IMG/VR virus record: IMGVR_UViG_3300029609_000116
Location: 1 to 5,887 of that record
From: a virus
Strand: one strand, 5' to 3'
Length of the DNA stretch: 5,887 bases
In this document: piece after piece, positions 5,198 to 5,887 of the stretch
How the letters are laid out: every line of letters starts with the position of its first letter
Position numbering within the stretch: the first letter of the stretch is position 1
Notes under the pieces: generated by a model
Seen by the model: only the letters and a program-made list of their open reading frames with translations
Database searches by the model: none
Told to the model about the DNA's origin: nothing
Position numbers and translations under genes: made by a program

Positions 5198-5438
5198 AAA
5201 ATACCTGCGATTTCCATATTTCGGCGTCTATTTCGTATTTGCGGTGTACCAGTCGGATGCTCGCATAGAAGTAGCCGTCTTTTAATTTTCCCTTTGACAG
5301 GCATTGGTGCTCGGCCGGAGCAATATCTGCGTATGCAACGGTTTCTTTTGCCCGATCCATAGCGCTTTTCAGTACGGGAGTCGTCTTGACGAGATACTTG
5401 CCTTCTCTTGTCACTTTCAGAACTTGGTAGATTTTCAT
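5190..5438 (-). CDS. Hypothetical protein, 82 aa, first gene downstream of the replication gene
   Basis: Minus ORF MKIYQVLKVTREGKYLVKTTPVLKSAMDRAKETVAYADIAPAEHQCLSKGKLKDGYFYASIRLVHRKYEIDAEIWKSQVFYE. The ATG at 5438-5436 lies 11 nt after the Rep TAA (5452-5450). Same strand and protein-like composition. Function unknown. By position it could be a VP5/VP3-class small protein, but there is no sequence support for that. Confidence 0.48.
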   Translation of the reverse strand: MKIYQVLKVTREGKYLVKTTPVLKSAMDRAKETVAYADIAPAEHQCLSKGKLKDGYFYASIRLVHRKYEIDAEIWKSQVFYE

Positions 5439-5449
5439 GGCATTGTTTT

Positions 5450-5887
5450 TTAAGATTGTGACTCAAATATATTTTTATTATTTAATTTTTCCAAATTTTT
5501 CTTATAGGATTTTTTTATCCAAACATCGGAACTATAACCTAAAGATTCCGTTCTCTCTTGATGATATTTTAAACACCCGAAATACAATCGCATGCCTTTT
5601 TCATCCGATATATCGATTTTCTCCCCGCACACATATCTTTTTTTCTGATCGAGTTTTTGTAACCACAGCTCCTCCCGTTGGTCCTCGTCGAATATCTTGT
5701 TTCGGAGGTAAATCGGTAAGGCTACTTTCAGTCCGGATGGCATTTTGTAGTAATCTTTTGTTGAAATTCCTCTGAATTTATTAAAACACTTCCCCTCGCT
5801 TTCGGCGTATCCTTGGCCTATTCCTTTTGAGGTCCACACCTTGGTGACGAAGTCCGGGTGTTTTTCGTCGATTTTGAATATGTATTT
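5450..5887 (-). CDS. Replication initiator protein (VP4 / protein-A-like), C-terminal 145 aa; same gene as feature 1..594, joined across the circular junction
   Basis: The minus frame is open from the window end through to the TAA at 5452-5450. Translation reads ...KYIFKIDEKHPDFVTKVWTSKGIGQGYAESEGKCFNKFRGISTKDYYKMPSGLKVALPIYLRNKIFDEDQREELWLQKLDQKKRYVCGEKIDISDEKGMRLYFGCLKYHQERTESLGYSSDVWIKKSYKKNLEKLNNKNIFESQS. The frame is exactly contiguous with codon 100-102 of the window start. The whole Rep is about 310 aa. Confidence 0.88.
   Translation of the reverse strand, partial: KYIFKIDEKHPDFVTKVWTSKGIGQGYAESEGKCFNKFRGISTKDYYKMPSGLKVALPIYLRNKIFDEDQREELWLQKLDQKKRYVCGEKIDISDEKGMRLYFGCLKYHQERTESLGYSSDVWIKKSYKKNLEKLNNKNIFESQS
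5789..5887. repeat. 99-nt exact terminal redundancy (copy of bases 1-99): circular genome closure / assembly overlap
   Basis: The base-by-base comparison is identical: cttcccctcgctttcggcgtatccttggcctattccttttgaggtccacaccttggtgacgaagtccgggtgtttttcgtcgattttgaatatgtattt occurs at 1-99 and at 5789-5887. The unit genome is therefore 5,788 nt. The repeat falls inside the Rep coding sequence, so it is not a biological LTR or att site. Confidence 0.9.

Noticed and set aside
4499-5362. Plus ORFs 4499-4756, 4873-5055, 4914-5147 and 5117-5362
   Set aside because: Antisense to the tiled minus-strand small-ORF block. No conserved-looking composition. They would break the otherwise unidirectional architecture.
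5194-5466. 90-aa Arg-rich minus ORF overlapping the Rep 3-prime end and ORF82
   Set aside because: It starts at TTG, lies in an alternate frame of a better ORF, and its composition is what CG-rich off-frames produce. It is mentioned in the findings only as a low-probability J-like candidate.
5437-5775. Plus ORF 5437-5775 (112 aa)
   Set aside because: Antisense to the Rep C-terminal coding region, which is contiguous across the junction. Y/F/I-rich composition from the AT-rich antisense strand.
1-5887. CRISPR arrays, tRNA/rRNA genes, integrase or transposase genes
   Set aside because: No regularly spaced direct repeats and no cloverleaf-compatible 70-90-nt GC-balanced segments were seen. No ORF is long enough or has motifs for a tyrosine or serine recombinase. 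The whole window is accounted for by the microvirus gene set.

Overview
The window is one complete, circularly permuted ssDNA microvirus (family Microviridae) genome. Bases 1-99 are repeated exactly at 5789-5887, so the unit circle is 5,788 nt and the window was linearised with a 99-nt overlap. All genes I can support lie on the minus strand in a tight, mostly overlapping array. In transcription order they are: a rolling-circle replication initiator (VP4 / protein-A-like, about 310 aa) whose ORF crosses the window junction (594->1, continuing 5887->5450); a block of five small ORFs (82, 60, 70, about 71 and 102/91 aa), one of which carries a textbook lipoprotein signal peptide; the large major capsid protein VP1 (716 aa from the first ATG, 692 aa from a better-supported internal ATG); a 108-aa ORF wedged between VP1 and VP2; and the VP2 / H-like pilot protein (358 aa). 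Non-coding signals are a near-canonical intrinsic terminator just downstream of VP2, a GC-rich palindrome cluster upstream of the replication gene, and a perfect 8-bp all-G/C hairpin nested in a second stem in the ORF108-VP2 spacer. The plus strand carries only short antisense ORFs that I regard as spurious. The large capsid protein and the A-rich, Shine-Dalgarno-poor leaders weakly suggest an Alpavirinae-like or unclassified Bacteroidota-associated lineage. That placement is inference only.
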